64,000 bases of DNA, taken from contig CAMJNS010000004.1 in the NCBI GenBank assembly GCA_946407375.1, forward strand, positions 3,480 through 67,479, written 5' to 3'. The stretch comes from an uncultured bacterium (lineage in GTDB: Bacteria > Muiribacteriota > Ozemobacteria > Ozemobacterales > Ozemobacteraceae). This document shows positions 1 through 10,213 of the stretch, in pieces. Every line of letters starts with the position of its first letter. The stretch's first letter is position 1. The position numbers and the translations under genes were made by a program. The notes under the pieces are model-generated. The model saw nothing but the letters and a program-made list of their open reading frames with translations. It was not told the DNA's origin and did no database searches.

Positions 1-86
1 GAAATAGACATAAGTTTAACTTCTCTATCAGAGCTTTTTAGACCTTCAATAAGTTTTTCGAAACGTTTTTTAGAAGATTCAGTCAT
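1..86 (-). CDS. partial CDS, 5' end only (runs off window start), function unknown
   Basis: ATG at 86-84 with GAGGAAAG Shine-Dalgarno upstream, 18 nt after murA stop; open to position 1 (MTESSKKRFEKLIEGLKSSDREVKLMSIS...). Confidence 0.35.
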   Translation of the reverse strand, partial: MTESSKKRFEKLIEGLKSSDREVKLMSI

Positions 87-104
87 ATTCTTTCCTCTTG
101 TATT

Positions 105-1367
105 TTATTTGTATTCTTCAATTCGTGTTATATTTGCTCCAAGTTTGCTAATTCGACCAACTAAGTCTTCATAGCCTCTATCTATATGATAAATCTGGCT
201 AATTTCTGTATGACCATTAGCTACCAAACCAGCCAGAACCATTGCAGCTCCTGCTCTTAAATCTGTTGCTTCAACAGGTGCACCATTAAGGTTCTCAACT
301 CCATGAATTACCGCTGTTCGTTCATGAATATTAATATTTGCACCCATACGAGAAAGTTCAGAAACGTGCATAAACCTGTTTTCAAATATGGTTTCAGTAA
401 CAGACGAAGTTCCATTAGCCACACACATTGCTGTCATAAGCTGAGCCTGCATGTCTGTAGGGAAACCCGGATATGGCAATGTTTTAATATCAGTTGCTTT
501 TAATCTTTCATCAGCACTAGCAATAAGATAATTATCTCCGGTTTCTATTGTTGCACCCATTTCTCTTAATTTTGCAGTAAGTGCCAACAAATGATTTGGA
601 TCACAATTTTCAACTCTGATAGGACCCTTAGCAATAGCTCCAAGCACAGCAAATGTTCCTGCTTCAATTCTATCTGGCATTATGCTATATTCACCACCGC
701 CAAGTTCTTTTACGCCTTCAATTACAATACTTGGACTTCCAGCACCTTTAATTTTTGCACCCAAAGTATTTAAAAAATCAGCTAAATCTGAAATTTCAGG
801 TTCTTGAGCAGCATTTTCTATGGTGGTTTCACCTTCGGCAAGTGTGGCAGCCATAATCAAGTTTTCCGTAGCTCCAACAGAGGGGAAATCAAGATGAATC
901 TTAGTGCCCACAAGACGATCTGCAACAGCAACAGCACAGCCATTTTCTATAGATACTTTAGCACCTAATTCTTCAAAACCTTTTAAGTGAATATTTACAG
1001 GTCTAACTCCTATTGCACAGCCACCAGGAAGCGGAACTCTAGCCTTTTTTAATCTAGCTAGTAAAGGTCCCATAACAAAAAAACTCGCTCTCATTGTTTT
1101 TACTAATTCATAAGGAGCTTCTTCGCTAATTTGTCCTGAAGCATCAAATTCATAACAGTTATTAGATACACGAGATGCTTTTATTCCAATAGAACTTAAA
1201 ACTTTTGAAATTGTAATAACATCGTTAAGAGCTGGAACATTAGTAAGTTTAACCGGTTTGGTACTTAAAATAACGCCAGCAATAATAGGTAAAGCTGCAT
1301 TTTTAGCACCACTTACTTTTATTGTTCCAGAAAGGGGCTTGCCACCATCTATTAGGATTTTCGCCAT
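105..1367 (-). CDS. murA: UDP-N-acetylglucosamine 1-carboxyvinyltransferase
   Basis: 420 aa, full-length MurA-like; active-site Cys loop LPGGCAIGVRPVNIHL; typical N-terminus MAKILIDGGKPLSGTIKVSGAKNAALP. Confidence 0.95.
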   Translation of the reverse strand: MAKILIDGGKPLSGTIKVSGAKNAALPIIAGVILSTKPVKLTNVPALNDVITISKVLSSIGIKASRVSNNCYEFDASGQISEEAPYELVKTMRASFFVMGPLLARLKKARVPLPGGCAIGVRPVNIHLKGFEELGAKVSIENGCAVAVADRLVGTKIHLDFPSVGATENLIMAATLAEGETTIENAAQEPEISDLADFLNTLGAKIKGAGSPSIVIEGVKELGGGEYSIMPDRIEAGTFAVLGAIAKGPIRVENCDPNHLLALTAKLREMGATIETGDNYLIASADERLKATDIKTLPYPGFPTDMQAQLMTAMCVANGTSSVTETIFENRFMHVSELSRMGANINIHERTAVIHGVENLNGAPVEATDLRAGAAMVLAGLVANGHTEISQIYHIDRGYEDLVGRISKLGANITRIEEYK

Positions 1368-1370
1368 GAC

Positions 1371-1874
1371 TTAATCTATTTTTATCCTTTCAAGCTTCAT
1401 ATTTACTTCTTTTAACATTTCTAAAGAGAGTTCATCGGGATATTCGCCAAGAAATACTATTCGTTTAATTCCGGCGTTAATCAACATTTTACCGCAAGTT
1501 ACGCAGGGCTGATGAGTACAATATACAACACCATCTTTTAGGGAAACTCCAAATGCAGCAGCCTGCAAAATAGCATTTTGTTCAGCATGTAAGCCTCTGC
1601 ATAATTCTTGTCTCTGACCAGAAGGAATATGTTGTGCTTCTCTCAAACAACCTTCAGGTCTTTGGAAACAATGAGCAACCCCATTAGGAGCGCCATTATA
1701 ACCTGTTGCTAATATTCTGTTTTCTCTAACAATAACAGCTCCAACTTGTCTTCTCATACAAGTGGAACGTTGAGCAACCAATTTTGCTATACGCAAAAAA
1801 TAGGTATCCCAATCCGGTCTATCTGCAAATTCATGTTCTTTTGGAGAAACTTTGCTATTTTTATCTTCCATCAT
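1371..1874 (-). CDS. deoxycytidylate (dCMP) deaminase / ComEB-type cytidine-deoxycytidylate deaminase
   Basis: Zinc motifs LHAEQNAI and PCVTCGKML; AGGAG RBS before ATG at 1874. Confidence 0.88.
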   Translation of the reverse strand: MMEDKNSKVSPKEHEFADRPDWDTYFLRIAKLVAQRSTCMRRQVGAVIVRENRILATGYNGAPNGVAHCFQRPEGCLREAQHIPSGQRQELCRGLHAEQNAILQAAAFGVSLKDGVVYCTHQPCVTCGKMLINAGIKRIVFLGEYPDELSLEMLKEVNMKLERIKID

Positions 1875-1885
1875 ATCTCCTTATA

Positions 1886-2317
1886 TCAGCTCAATTCAAT
1901 TTTCTGAATACGTTTTTCGTGACGACCGCCTTCAAATTCAGTTGCTAAGAATTTGTCGAGAGCATCTTTAGCAATTTCTTCACCTATTATTCTTCCACCC
2001 ATTACAATAACATTAGCATTATTGTGTTTTCGAGCTAGTTCTGCTTCTAACGAACAGTGAACTAGAGCTGCTCTTATACCAGGATGACGATTAGCAGCAA
2101 TAGAAATACCTATCCCTGAGCCGCAAACTAAAAGACCTTTTGAATCTGAATCTTCTAATACTTTTTGAGCAACTTTGTGAGCATAATCAGGATAATCACA
2201 AGAATCAGAAGTGTAAGTACCTAAATCTTCAACCTGATAACCAGCTTTTTGAAGGTGTGCAATAAGAATATTCTTTAAGGATAAACCAGCATGGTCTGAC
2301 CCTGCATAAATTTTCAT
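1886..2317 (-). CDS. rpiB: ribose-5-phosphate isomerase B
   Basis: MKIYAGSDHAG... and LVCGSGIGISIAANR motifs; I prefer ATG at 2317 (GGAG 6 nt upstream) over the TTG at 2329 used by the ORF track. Confidence 0.9.
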   Translation of the reverse strand: MKIYAGSDHAGLSLKNILIAHLQKAGYQVEDLGTYTSDSCDYPDYAHKVAQKVLEDSDSKGLLVCGSGIGISIAANRHPGIRAALVHCSLEAELARKHNNANVIVMGGRIIGEEIAKDALDKFLATEFEGGRHEKRIQKIELS

Positions 2318-2490
2318 TTCTTTCTCCAAATATTTATTTCAAAAACATTATAACAATATTTATCTATTTTAACATAATAAACTATTTTTTGTGCAGTAGT
2401 CACAATAATCTAAAAAAAAATACCTCTTTTGCCGATAGGCTTATGCGTATATAGTCTAAATTTTTCTATTATAAAAATTAACGGAAAAAT

Positions 2491-4548
2491 ATGCAGAAAC
2501 AAATAAATATAAAAAGGCAAAACAAACAAATCCGAGGCATAATATTCCTCGCAATTTTCTATACCTTGTTTCAAATACCCCTTTTTGCATTTGAAGTTTC
2601 TGTTGACACACAAAAATATCCAGTAGAAGTTTACGGTGATTATCTTGAATACCGCACAAAAGATGAACAGGTTATAGCCAAAGGTAAGGCTTTTATTTCA
2701 TATCAAGATATGAAAATAAGCGGTGATAATATTCAAGCAAATACAGGAACAGAAGATATATTCGCACAGGGTGACGTAGACTTTTGGAAAGGCTACGATC
2801 AAGTTAGTGGCGATTTTATAGTATATAATATGAAAACTGGGCGAGGTTGGATGAGAAATGCAGAAGTTAGAAAAAGTCGTAACTATTTCAAAGCAAAAGA
2901 TGTTTATTTGAGTCCAGAACATACTTTGGCTCATGACATAATGCAAACGACCTGTGATAATATTGAACATCCTCATTATCGTTTGGAAGCTAAATTACTA
3001 GAAAGCTATCCAGGTCATTCAATGACAATGGAAGGACTACGTGCTAAATGGCGTGGGAAAACCATTTTTTATCAAGCTATCAATAGAAGCACTGAAAAAG
3101 ATAAAGGCGGAAAATTCTTTACATCTCGTCAGGGGTCTTCAGACATTGATGGTTACTATGTTAAGCTTGCCACAGATTTGTTTGTTAATGATTATTTGTC
3201 AGGTAAGCTTAATTATGATTGGTATGAAAAAAGAGGTTACGGCTATGGTTTCAATGGAACATACTCCGTTCCACACGACAAAGGTAGTGGTTCTCTGTAT
3301 TACTACGGTTTAAGTGAAACCAAAAGAGGACATTACAATAAACAAGTAAACCTTTCATACAATCTTACATTTAAAAGCGGCGAAACTTTTAGCACAACAA
3401 TAAATTATACTGGTGACAGATATAATGGTCAGCCAGAAAACCAGGATATGACTATTACTGCTATGTTCAGACCTGTTTTAAAATTTATTAATATGACAAT
3501 TAATATGAATAAATTTTATGATCTAGACAAGGATAAATATATTCTGGATAAAGCTTACCAATTCGTAAACAGATTGCCAGAAATCAATTTCAGCCTCCCA
3601 GCTTGGACAGCTCCATTAATTCCAATTACTATAAATTTCAGTGGAATGTATGGTCACTATGAAGAAAGTGAAGGCGAAGGGAAAAAAGATACAGAAAAGA
3701 AAGATGGAAGATTGACTTTCAGTTGCCCAGCAATAGAAATTCATCCCAAAACTCAAATAACTCCATCTTATAATTTTGAAAAGAGCTACTATACAGGTGA
3801 TATTGAACGTGAAAATGGTAATACAATGGTTCGCGCCAGCCATAAGTTTTCTAATGTAACAAATCTAGAATTCAACTACAACATCTCTACCTCAAAAGGT
3901 CGCTCACCATTCAAATTTGATAATGTTACAACTATAGATCAGACATCAACCAGACTTAGATTTGCAGAAAACTCCTGGATACTTAATCCTTTAAATTTCA
4001 ACTACAATAGGGCAACTCAAAGACTAGAACAGGTATATTGGGACTATACAAGACGCTCAACTACTGATGCTTACAGACCTTGGGAATTCTTTATGAGAAT
4101 GGATTATGTAGCAGACGCAAATACTCCGTTGTCTAAAATAAATTTTGGTGCTATTAGACCCAATAACTTTAATGCTCGTTACAGAATGTCTTCTCAATAT
4201 TGGTCCTTCGATACCAGTATTTCTGTTCCTCATCAATACAAGAAGATCTCTTCTACTTCTTTCAATTATTCAACAGTTATAAGACCTCTTTGGGCAATAA
4301 ATACATCTGGAACTTATAATAACATTAATCATAAAATGAGTCCTTTAACAATAGGACTTACAAGAGACCTACACTGCTGGGAAGCAAAAGCAGAATACAA
4401 CCACGAACGAAAAGAATTTTGGGTAGAATTCTATCTTAAAGCCTTTCCAAATGATAGTGGCCGCTTCAACTATGGTATGGATGACAATAAGCTTACTGCT
4501 AAACTAGCAGCTTATGACCAAATAGCTCAAAGATACGATAATTACTAA
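2491..4548 (+). CDS. lptD: LPS-assembly outer membrane protein LptD/OstA-like
   Basis: 685 aa. N-terminal hydrophobic signal. OstA-like N-domain (VYGDYLEYRTKDEQVIAKGKAFISYQDMKISGDNIQA...GDVDFW). Long aromatic-rich beta-barrel-like C-terminal part. Confidence 0.6.
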   Translation: MQKQINIKRQNKQIRGIIFLAIFYTLFQIPLFAFEVSVDTQKYPVEVYGDYLEYRTKDEQVIAKGKAFISYQDMKISGDNIQANTGTEDIFAQGDVDFWKGYDQVSGDFIVYNMKTGRGWMRNAEVRKSRNYFKAKDVYLSPEHTLAHDIMQTTCDNIEHPHYRLEAKLLESYPGHSMTMEGLRAKWRGKTIFYQAINRSTEKDKGGKFFTSRQGSSDIDGYYVKLATDLFVNDYLSGKLNYDWYEKRGYGYGFNGTYSVPHDKGSGSLYYYGLSETKRGHYNKQVNLSYNLTFKSGETFSTTINYTGDRYNGQPENQDMTITAMFRPVLKFINMTINMNKFYDLDKDKYILDKAYQFVNRLPEINFSLPAWTAPLIPITINFSGMYGHYEESEGEGKKDTEKKDGRLTFSCPAIEIHPKTQITPSYNFEKSYYTGDIERENGNTMVRASHKFSNVTNLEFNYNISTSKGRSPFKFDNVTTIDQTSTRLRFAENSWILNPLNFNYNRATQRLEQVYWDYTRRSTTDAYRPWEFFMRMDYVADANTPLSKINFGAIRPNNFNARYRMSSQYWSFDTSISVPHQYKKISSTSFNYSTVIRPLWAINTSGTYNNINHKMSPLTIGLTRDLHCWEAKAEYNHERKEFWVEFYLKAFPNDSGRFNYGMDDNKLTAKLAAYDQIAQRYDNY

Positions 4549-4582
4549 CTTTTCTAGAAATCAGAGTGAAATCTACTAATAG

Positions 4583-6394
4583 TTAGGAATAAATATCGTC
4601 TGAATCTGGCTCATAAGTGAAATAACTATGTGCTTGTTCCGCCATAGATTTAAAATGCGGTATTATTGTTACAACAAAGAAGAAAAAATTACAAAGAAAA
4701 GCTAAAGGCTTTTTAAAAAAGTGATAATCTATCAACGAAGGCATTGTGGGAAGAAAATAGTTAAATAAATTTAGATGTTTAGGTTCCTTAGGTAGTAAAC
4801 CAGTGCAAAAAGCTACTGCAACAATAAGTACAATTATAGTTGGTAAAACTTTATTATCTTTTGGGTCATATTTTAAGAAATTCTCAGCTATAAATCTTCC
4901 AACAAAACACCAGCTAGAAATATTTAGCATAAAACCAAGCATTACATAATAACCACCCGGTAATACATCTCTTGTATAATAAGCCATCCCGGCTCTAGGC
5001 TCAAACAACCCAAAGGTTATAAAAAGAACGAACATATAAGAAAAACCTATTAATGTAAGCCAAGCAATCCCGTTAACATATCCACTTGAGAATGGAAATC
5101 TAATTAATTTTTCCATCAAATTGGCTGGTATTTCTAATTTACTTCTATTGTCATAAATTTTATCTCTGCTATGTAAATATGCGGACAAAAATACAAATAA
5201 AAAGTAGTTTAAATGTATCAAGAGAAAAGCTATGAAAGTTTTTGTAAAAATCAAAAAGAGAGCAAATACCCATATTACAGTAAACAATATTTTAATTTGT
5301 GATTCAGGACTAGTTTTAGATTTTTTTGGTTTTCTTATTCTATTTCCAAGCTTTTGATAAACCTCTAAATCGGGTGAACTAATAATAGGTGAAGATTTTA
5401 TTTTTTTATCTGTATTACCTATATCCAGATTATCTATATTTGAAGTTTTATTTATTTTTTCTTTGTCTACAACAATGTCTACTGGTTCTTTTATCTCTTG
5501 ATGAACAACCTTCGGAGCTTCGTCTATTACCTTTTTATCTGAAACAATTGGAGAACTTATATTAATATCTAGATTACTGGATTTTTGGATTTTTGCTTTT
5601 ACTGGTTTATAACGAAAAGCTTTACGAATTTTGGTGGTATCATTAACGCTAGCTTCAGACAATGGATATGTCTTAATCAAATGAGAATACAAAAATAGAT
5701 ATGTAAATAAAGCAATTATTAAGCAAACAAATCCTAAACCTAAATCTATAAGAAGCAATACAGGCTTTGGATCTAAATCACGAATGAATTCAACCATAAA
5801 TAATCTTATATAGATTAACCCATCAAACAACATAGCCAAGAAAATCATTAAATTATTTGCAGAAATAGCGATTTTAGATCCTCGGCCATCTTTAACACCT
5901 TCGTAAATACAGAATAATATAGTAGGTATAGGTATCAAACAATTGAAAAAGAAAATCCTTAATAATCTAAAAAAATCTATCGCCCCAACTAAACATATAT
6001 AAAGGTAAACAGGAATGGCAAATATAATGAATATAAAAAGATAAATTAAACCCAAAAGCATTTTTCCTCTTATAAACTTAGAGGCTGTTATGTTAGACAT
6101 GAAAATAAAAAATATATTATCATTACTAACTTCAAACAATGATAATTTACGAATTTCTAAGGGTATAGCTATAATAGCTACAAGAGAAAAAAACGCTAAA
6201 ACTCTATAACAATTTAATATATATGGTTCTTGATGTTTTGATGTTCCAACTATTAATACAAAAAAAACAAACAAATAAACAGATAAAAGGAAAAGCAATT
6301 TCATCCAAAAATCATTTGCCTTTACGGTTTTTCTAATATCGTTAAAACAAATTGGATTAATAGAATCTTCTAGTTTATCCCAGTAACTCTTCAT
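4583..6394 (-). CDS. polytopic membrane protein, probable partner of the upstream ABC ATPase
   Basis: 603 aa with many hydrophobic helices split by a ~130-aa hydrophilic K/S/D-rich linker; ATGA start/stop overlap with the ABC ATPase gene at 6391-6394. Confidence 0.55.
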   Translation of the reverse strand: MKSYWDKLEDSINPICFNDIRKTVKANDFWMKLLFLLSVYLFVFFVLIVGTSKHQEPYILNCYRVLAFFSLVAIIAIPLEIRKLSLFEVSNDNIFFIFMSNITASKFIRGKMLLGLIYLFIFIIFAIPVYLYICLVGAIDFFRLLRIFFFNCLIPIPTILFCIYEGVKDGRGSKIAISANNLMIFLAMLFDGLIYIRLFMVEFIRDLDPKPVLLLIDLGLGFVCLIIALFTYLFLYSHLIKTYPLSEASVNDTTKIRKAFRYKPVKAKIQKSSNLDINISSPIVSDKKVIDEAPKVVHQEIKEPVDIVVDKEKINKTSNIDNLDIGNTDKKIKSSPIISSPDLEVYQKLGNRIRKPKKSKTSPESQIKILFTVIWVFALFLIFTKTFIAFLLIHLNYFLFVFLSAYLHSRDKIYDNRSKLEIPANLMEKLIRFPFSSGYVNGIAWLTLIGFSYMFVLFITFGLFEPRAGMAYYTRDVLPGGYYVMLGFMLNISSWCFVGRFIAENFLKYDPKDNKVLPTIIVLIVAVAFCTGLLPKEPKHLNLFNYFLPTMPSLIDYHFFKKPLAFLCNFFFFVVTIIPHFKSMAEQAHSYFTYEPDSDDIYS

Positions 6395-7329
6395 TGTACA
6401 TTTCCTTTTGTAATTTTCATAAAGACAGTTTCTAAATTTTCTTGTTTGAAACCAAATGAAGTAAAGCTATAACCTTCTGTTAACAACTTGCTTACTAATT
6501 CTGTTGCCTGTGCTTCTGAACCTGAATATTCAAATTCAATAATATTGCCCGTAAAATAAATATTAGAAACCATAGGTTCTAAGGAAATCTTTTTGATTAA
6601 TTCTTCTTTTGGTGGTTCAATTGTCTTTATTTGATAAATATGTTTGTTTTTCTTTATCTGTTCACCAACAATATCTTCTATTTTTCCTGATTTTAGCAAT
6701 CTTCCCTGTTCTATTATAACAGCAGATGTACATATTTCTTCAAGATCACTTAGAATATGAGAACTAATAAAAATTCCCTTGCCTTGTTCACAAAGAACTT
6801 TTAGCAAATCTCTTAATTCTATTCTTGCTCTAGGATCAAGCCCAGCAGCAGGTTCATCCATTATAATAAAATCTGGGTCACTAATTAAAGCCCTTGCAAT
6901 TGATACTCTTTGTTTCATCCCTTTAGACAAAGAATCTATTTTTTTCTCTTTTATACCTGTAAGATTTGTAAATTCTTCTATATTTTTAACTGTTTCTTGC
7001 CTTACTGGAGTTTTATAACCATAAGCACAAGCAAAAAAATCTAAGTATTCATGAACAGTCATGTCTTTATTTGAAGGCAAAGTATCTGGGACATAGCCAA
7101 TATGATCTCGAATTAATTCTGGATAATCTAAAAGCGATACTCCATCTAATTTAATATCACCTTCCGTACAATTTTCAATGTTAACAATAAGCTTCATTGT
7201 TGTTGTTTTTCCAGCCCCATTTGGCCCTATGAAACCAGTTATTTCACCAGTTTCAATAGCAAAAGAAAGATTTTTAACAGCAACACAATCTTTGTACTCT
7301 TTTCTTATTCTGATAACTTCTAATTTCAT
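6391..7329 (-). CDS. ABC transporter ATP-binding protein
   Basis: Walker A GPNGAGKTTT, signature LSKGMKQRVSIARAL, Walker B FIIMDEPAAGLD; extra ~90-aa C-terminal domain. Confidence 0.92.
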   Translation of the reverse strand: MKLEVIRIRKEYKDCVAVKNLSFAIETGEITGFIGPNGAGKTTTMKLIVNIENCTEGDIKLDGVSLLDYPELIRDHIGYVPDTLPSNKDMTVHEYLDFFACAYGYKTPVRQETVKNIEEFTNLTGIKEKKIDSLSKGMKQRVSIARALISDPDFIIMDEPAAGLDPRARIELRDLLKVLCEQGKGIFISSHILSDLEEICTSAVIIEQGRLLKSGKIEDIVGEQIKKNKHIYQIKTIEPPKEELIKKISLEPMVSNIYFTGNIIEFEYSGSEAQATELVSKLLTEGYSFTSFGFKQENLETVFMKITKGNVQ

Positions 7330-7561
7330 TTAGGAACCTTCCTGTTAATAATCCTTCGAACAACAAGGAAATCAATTATAAGATGGCTATATTTTTATTA
7401 ATTAAATATTAATATATTCATAAACTCAGATTAAGCAATCTGCTTTTTCTAAATAACGATAATAAAAGCAACCCAACCAAAAACAATCAAATCAGAGTTT
7501 TTAACCTCTGATTATTTCTGAAAATTTTCTATACTTATTTCTTATTCAAAGGGGAAACTCA

Positions 7562-8059
7562 TTATTTTTGAATTCCAACTTTATTATTGTCAAACTCAAC
7601 TTCTTCGTCTATATCATATAGACCAAAATCATCCATATCCTCTGTTTTAAATTTTTCATCGTTTGAATTAGAATTTTCTAGTTTTTTTGTTTCAGATGCA
7701 CTTTGGTTAACATCTATTGTTTCAGAAGCATATTTTTTCAAAAACTCTTCTCGCCTTCTTCTCATATTTTCTTTATTGCGGAAATATCCTTCGTTAGGCA
7801 CTACTCCCGGACAACTAAATATACGTTCAGGTCTTATTTTTTCTGTTTCAGAAGCATTCTTTTTAATTTCAGGTTTTGGTTTTTGTTCTTGTTTTAAAGA
7901 ACTAGATTTGCTTTCTTCTAATTTTACTGACGGCTCAATTTCAACATCATTGTCATCAAAAACATCAATAAAATCATCATCTTGAGCCACACAAATACAG
8001 ACAGATAAACATAACAAAATAAGCAAAAATAATGTTTTTTTCTTATTCATAAAAGCCAT
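7562..8059 (-). CDS. small secreted charged protein, hypothetical
   Basis: 165 aa; N-terminal signal-like LFLLILLCLSVCICVA followed by an acidic/lysine-rich low-complexity sequence. Confidence 0.45.
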   Translation of the reverse strand: MAFMNKKKTLFLLILLCLSVCICVAQDDDFIDVFDDNDVEIEPSVKLEESKSSSLKQEQKPKPEIKKNASETEKIRPERIFSCPGVVPNEGYFRNKENMRRRREEFLKKYASETIDVNQSASETKKLENSNSNDEKFKTEDMDDFGLYDIDEEVEFDNNKVGIQK

Positions 8060-8155
8060 GAGTTCTCTCCCCTAAAAGTTTCTTTTTTTATTATAAAGCT
8101 ATCAATACTTTAAGACAATAGAAGAGAAATAGTTTTTAGGAATTAAGATTGTTTC

Positions 8156-8417
8156 GCAAGAATTACTGTTGCGCCACCGCGAACGATGTCGCCATATGTG
8201 AAGTTTTTAGTTTTTGGTAATTGTTGTTTTTTATATAAGCTGTAAGCCTTAAGCTTAAAGCTATAAGCCAGTCATTTCAGTAATGCTTTTTTCTTGCTTG
8301 CAGCTTAAAGCTTATAACTTATAGTTTTTTTTACAATAACTACAATAAAAACTAAAAAATAAGCCTGATTGGATTCAGGATTTACTTCGATTGTGCCTTT
8401 CTTGCCCTGTTTGAGTT
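8156..8417 (-). repeat. fragmented copy of nfnB-like 3' end (two pieces, 8156-8206 and 8361-8417) interrupted by CTTNNAG heptamer repeats and a boundary (J) motif
   Basis: 8156-8199 matches 21020-21063 with 1 mismatch; 8361-8417 matches 21081-21137. Confidence 0.8.
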
Positions 8418-8418
8418 A

Positions 8419-9316
8419 TTATTTCCAGACTTTAGATTTATGTGACCAAGTTTGATTGAATTGATTATTATTGCTGTTTATAGAATTGACTATTGGTGAG
8501 AGAAAAGATTGTATTGCTGCTATTGTTTCTACTAGAGATATTTGGATAGAAGTCTTTTTCTTTTTTGCAAAGTTATTCCAGCGAGATTGTCTTGTTGATT
8601 CGCTGGCAAAATCAGGCTCAAAAGCAGCAATATCATTTAAAGCAGTATTACGGTAAGAGAAAGTTTTTTTACTGCCTTCAATAAAGTTTTTCCATCAAAG
8701 TCGAACTTAGCAAGAAAGACTATATGTCGTAGAAATCTTTGAAACGACTATTTCCATAACCTAAACTAACTATTGCTTCAAATTTTTCAGCAATGCATGA
8801 ATATATAGAATAAGCATATATATTAGGAACATCGCTATTATGCAAAAGTATCGGGTAATCTATTAATGTTTTGTCTGGGTGTATTACGTCACCAAAAGCA
8901 ATATCTATAGAAATAGGAATCTTGGTTTTATCTAAATAGGCGATAATTGAGATATTTATACCATGATACTTTCTTTGTTCGGTAATACTTTTGATTGTTA
9001 AAGTTTGTAAATTATAAATTAAAGGATCATCTGTTTTTATAGAGAAAATATTTGCAAAAGCAGATTCTATTACAGATATTTGATTACTTATATTTTGGGC
9101 GAGGAAATCAATGTCTGAGGTCGCTCGTGAGAAATTGCCATTTTCTAGTGCATATAGGAATATTCCTCCTTTTAGAATAAAATGCTCTTTGTAAGAAGAA
9201 ATAGTTAATCTGTAAATTGTTCTTTCAATGGCATAAGCAATTAGAAGCTCTTGTAGGGTTTTTCCCGAAGAAATAGATAGATTTTTTAGCTTTTCTTTTA
9301 CCGAAGTAGCATTCAT
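8419..9316 (-). pseudogene. AbiEii/AbiGii-family nucleotidyltransferase toxin, frameshifted
   Basis: ATG at 9316 overlaps the abiEi stop (TAATG). N-part has ILKGGIFLY...ATSDIDFL and stops at 8720 (..RFKDFYDI*). The expected C-terminal ~100 aa (VFLAKFDFDGKTLLKAVKKTFSYRNTA...WSHKSKVWK*) continues in another frame from 8720 to 8419. Confidence 0.7.
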
Positions 9317-9903
9317 TATAGCAACACCTCTAGATAGGTATTTATAATATTTTTGCAATTGAGTAGGTTTGCATAACGATAGAGCTTATTCAAATTACGT
9401 TTTGGAGATGCTAGATAATTTTTTAGAATTTCTTTGGTTTCTTCTATTCCTATTTTATTTCGATAGAAAATTATATCTATGACTGTTTTTTCAATATCAT
9501 AAACGTGAATTTCCTGGTTGGAATTAGTAATTGTCGTTATTCCTGTTTCAAATCTTTTTGGGGAAAAATATGTAATGTTTATAGGTGGCCAATCTGGGAG
9601 TTTAGATGTTTTGTGTGTTCTCTCTATTGCTATGTTAATTTCGTTTGGTCGTGTGGTTGTAAGATCATAATAGATTGCTGCACTGATAAGGCAGATAACG
9701 CCATTAGGAACGATAGCTGACGCATAGGCAAAGTCTGAATCTTCACCTAGATAGTTATTATTTATGTATAGGCTAGTATTAAGTTTAGACAATTTACCTT
9801 CAGCAATAAGCTTATGAGTTAGATAATTTGAGATAGATAGGTTTCTTAGCTCTTTTGTGGTATAGAATTTCTTCTTGTTAGAAAGCAAATTGTTGATATT
9901 CAT
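9316..9903 (-). CDS. AbiEi-family antitoxin/transcriptional regulator (type IV TA)
   Basis: 195 aa; N-terminal wHTH-like segment (YTTKELRNLSISNYLTHKLIAEGKLSKL); position and coupling upstream of AbiEii. Confidence 0.6.
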   Translation of the reverse strand: MNINNLLSNKKKFYTTKELRNLSISNYLTHKLIAEGKLSKLNTSLYINNNYLGEDSDFAYASAIVPNGVICLISAAIYYDLTTTRPNEINIAIERTHKTSKLPDWPPINITYFSPKRFETGITTITNSNQEIHVYDIEKTVIDIIFYRNKIGIEETKEILKNYLASPKRNLNKLYRYANLLNCKNIINTYLEVLL

Positions 9904-9953
9904 AGGTTACAACCTCTATAAATAATTATAATGAAAGCCACATAAATTTCAAT

Positions 9954-9987
9954 AATTTTCTGCACTTAATAAAATATGCAGAAAATT
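9954..9987 (-). promoter_or_regulatory. candidate AbiEi operator (inverted repeat) in the abiE promoter region
   Basis: AATTTTCTGCA-N12-TGCAGAAAATT, 50-85 nt upstream of the abiEi start; a third CTGCA half-site at ~9998. Confidence 0.25.
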
Positions 9988-10145
9988 TTTATAAAAACTG
10001 CATTATTATTTAGACAACAAAATTCTTATTCTCTAATCTCTTGGCTCTTATCTCAAAAAATACAAGGAACAATACGACGTAGTAATCTAAACTCCGATTA
10101 AACAATAACTACAACAAAAACCAACTACAATAAAAACTAAAAAAT

Positions 10146-10213
10146 AAGCCTGATTGGATTCAGGATTTACTTCGATTGTGCCTTTCTTGCCCTGCTTGAG
10201 TTCTGGCAAGCAA
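10146..10213 (-). repeat. partial copy of nfnB-like 3' end
   Basis: Matches 21081-21148 with 1 visible mismatch; preceded by the same J-motif junction (..CTACAATAAAAACTAAAAAAT|AAGCCTGATTGG) as the copy at 8361. Confidence 0.85.

Noticed and set aside
2338-2490. Two overlapping 67-aa minus-strand ORFs (2410-2613, 2456-2659) in and around the rpiB-lptD intergenic region
   Set aside because: They overlap the lptD-like start region, have hydrophobic low-complexity translations and no RBS. The region is more plausibly the divergent promoter DNA for rpiB and lptD.
8471-8656. 61-aa plus-strand ORF
   Set aside because: It lies antisense to the out-of-frame C-terminal part of the AbiEii pseudogene, and the minus-strand frame gives a family-typical sequence.
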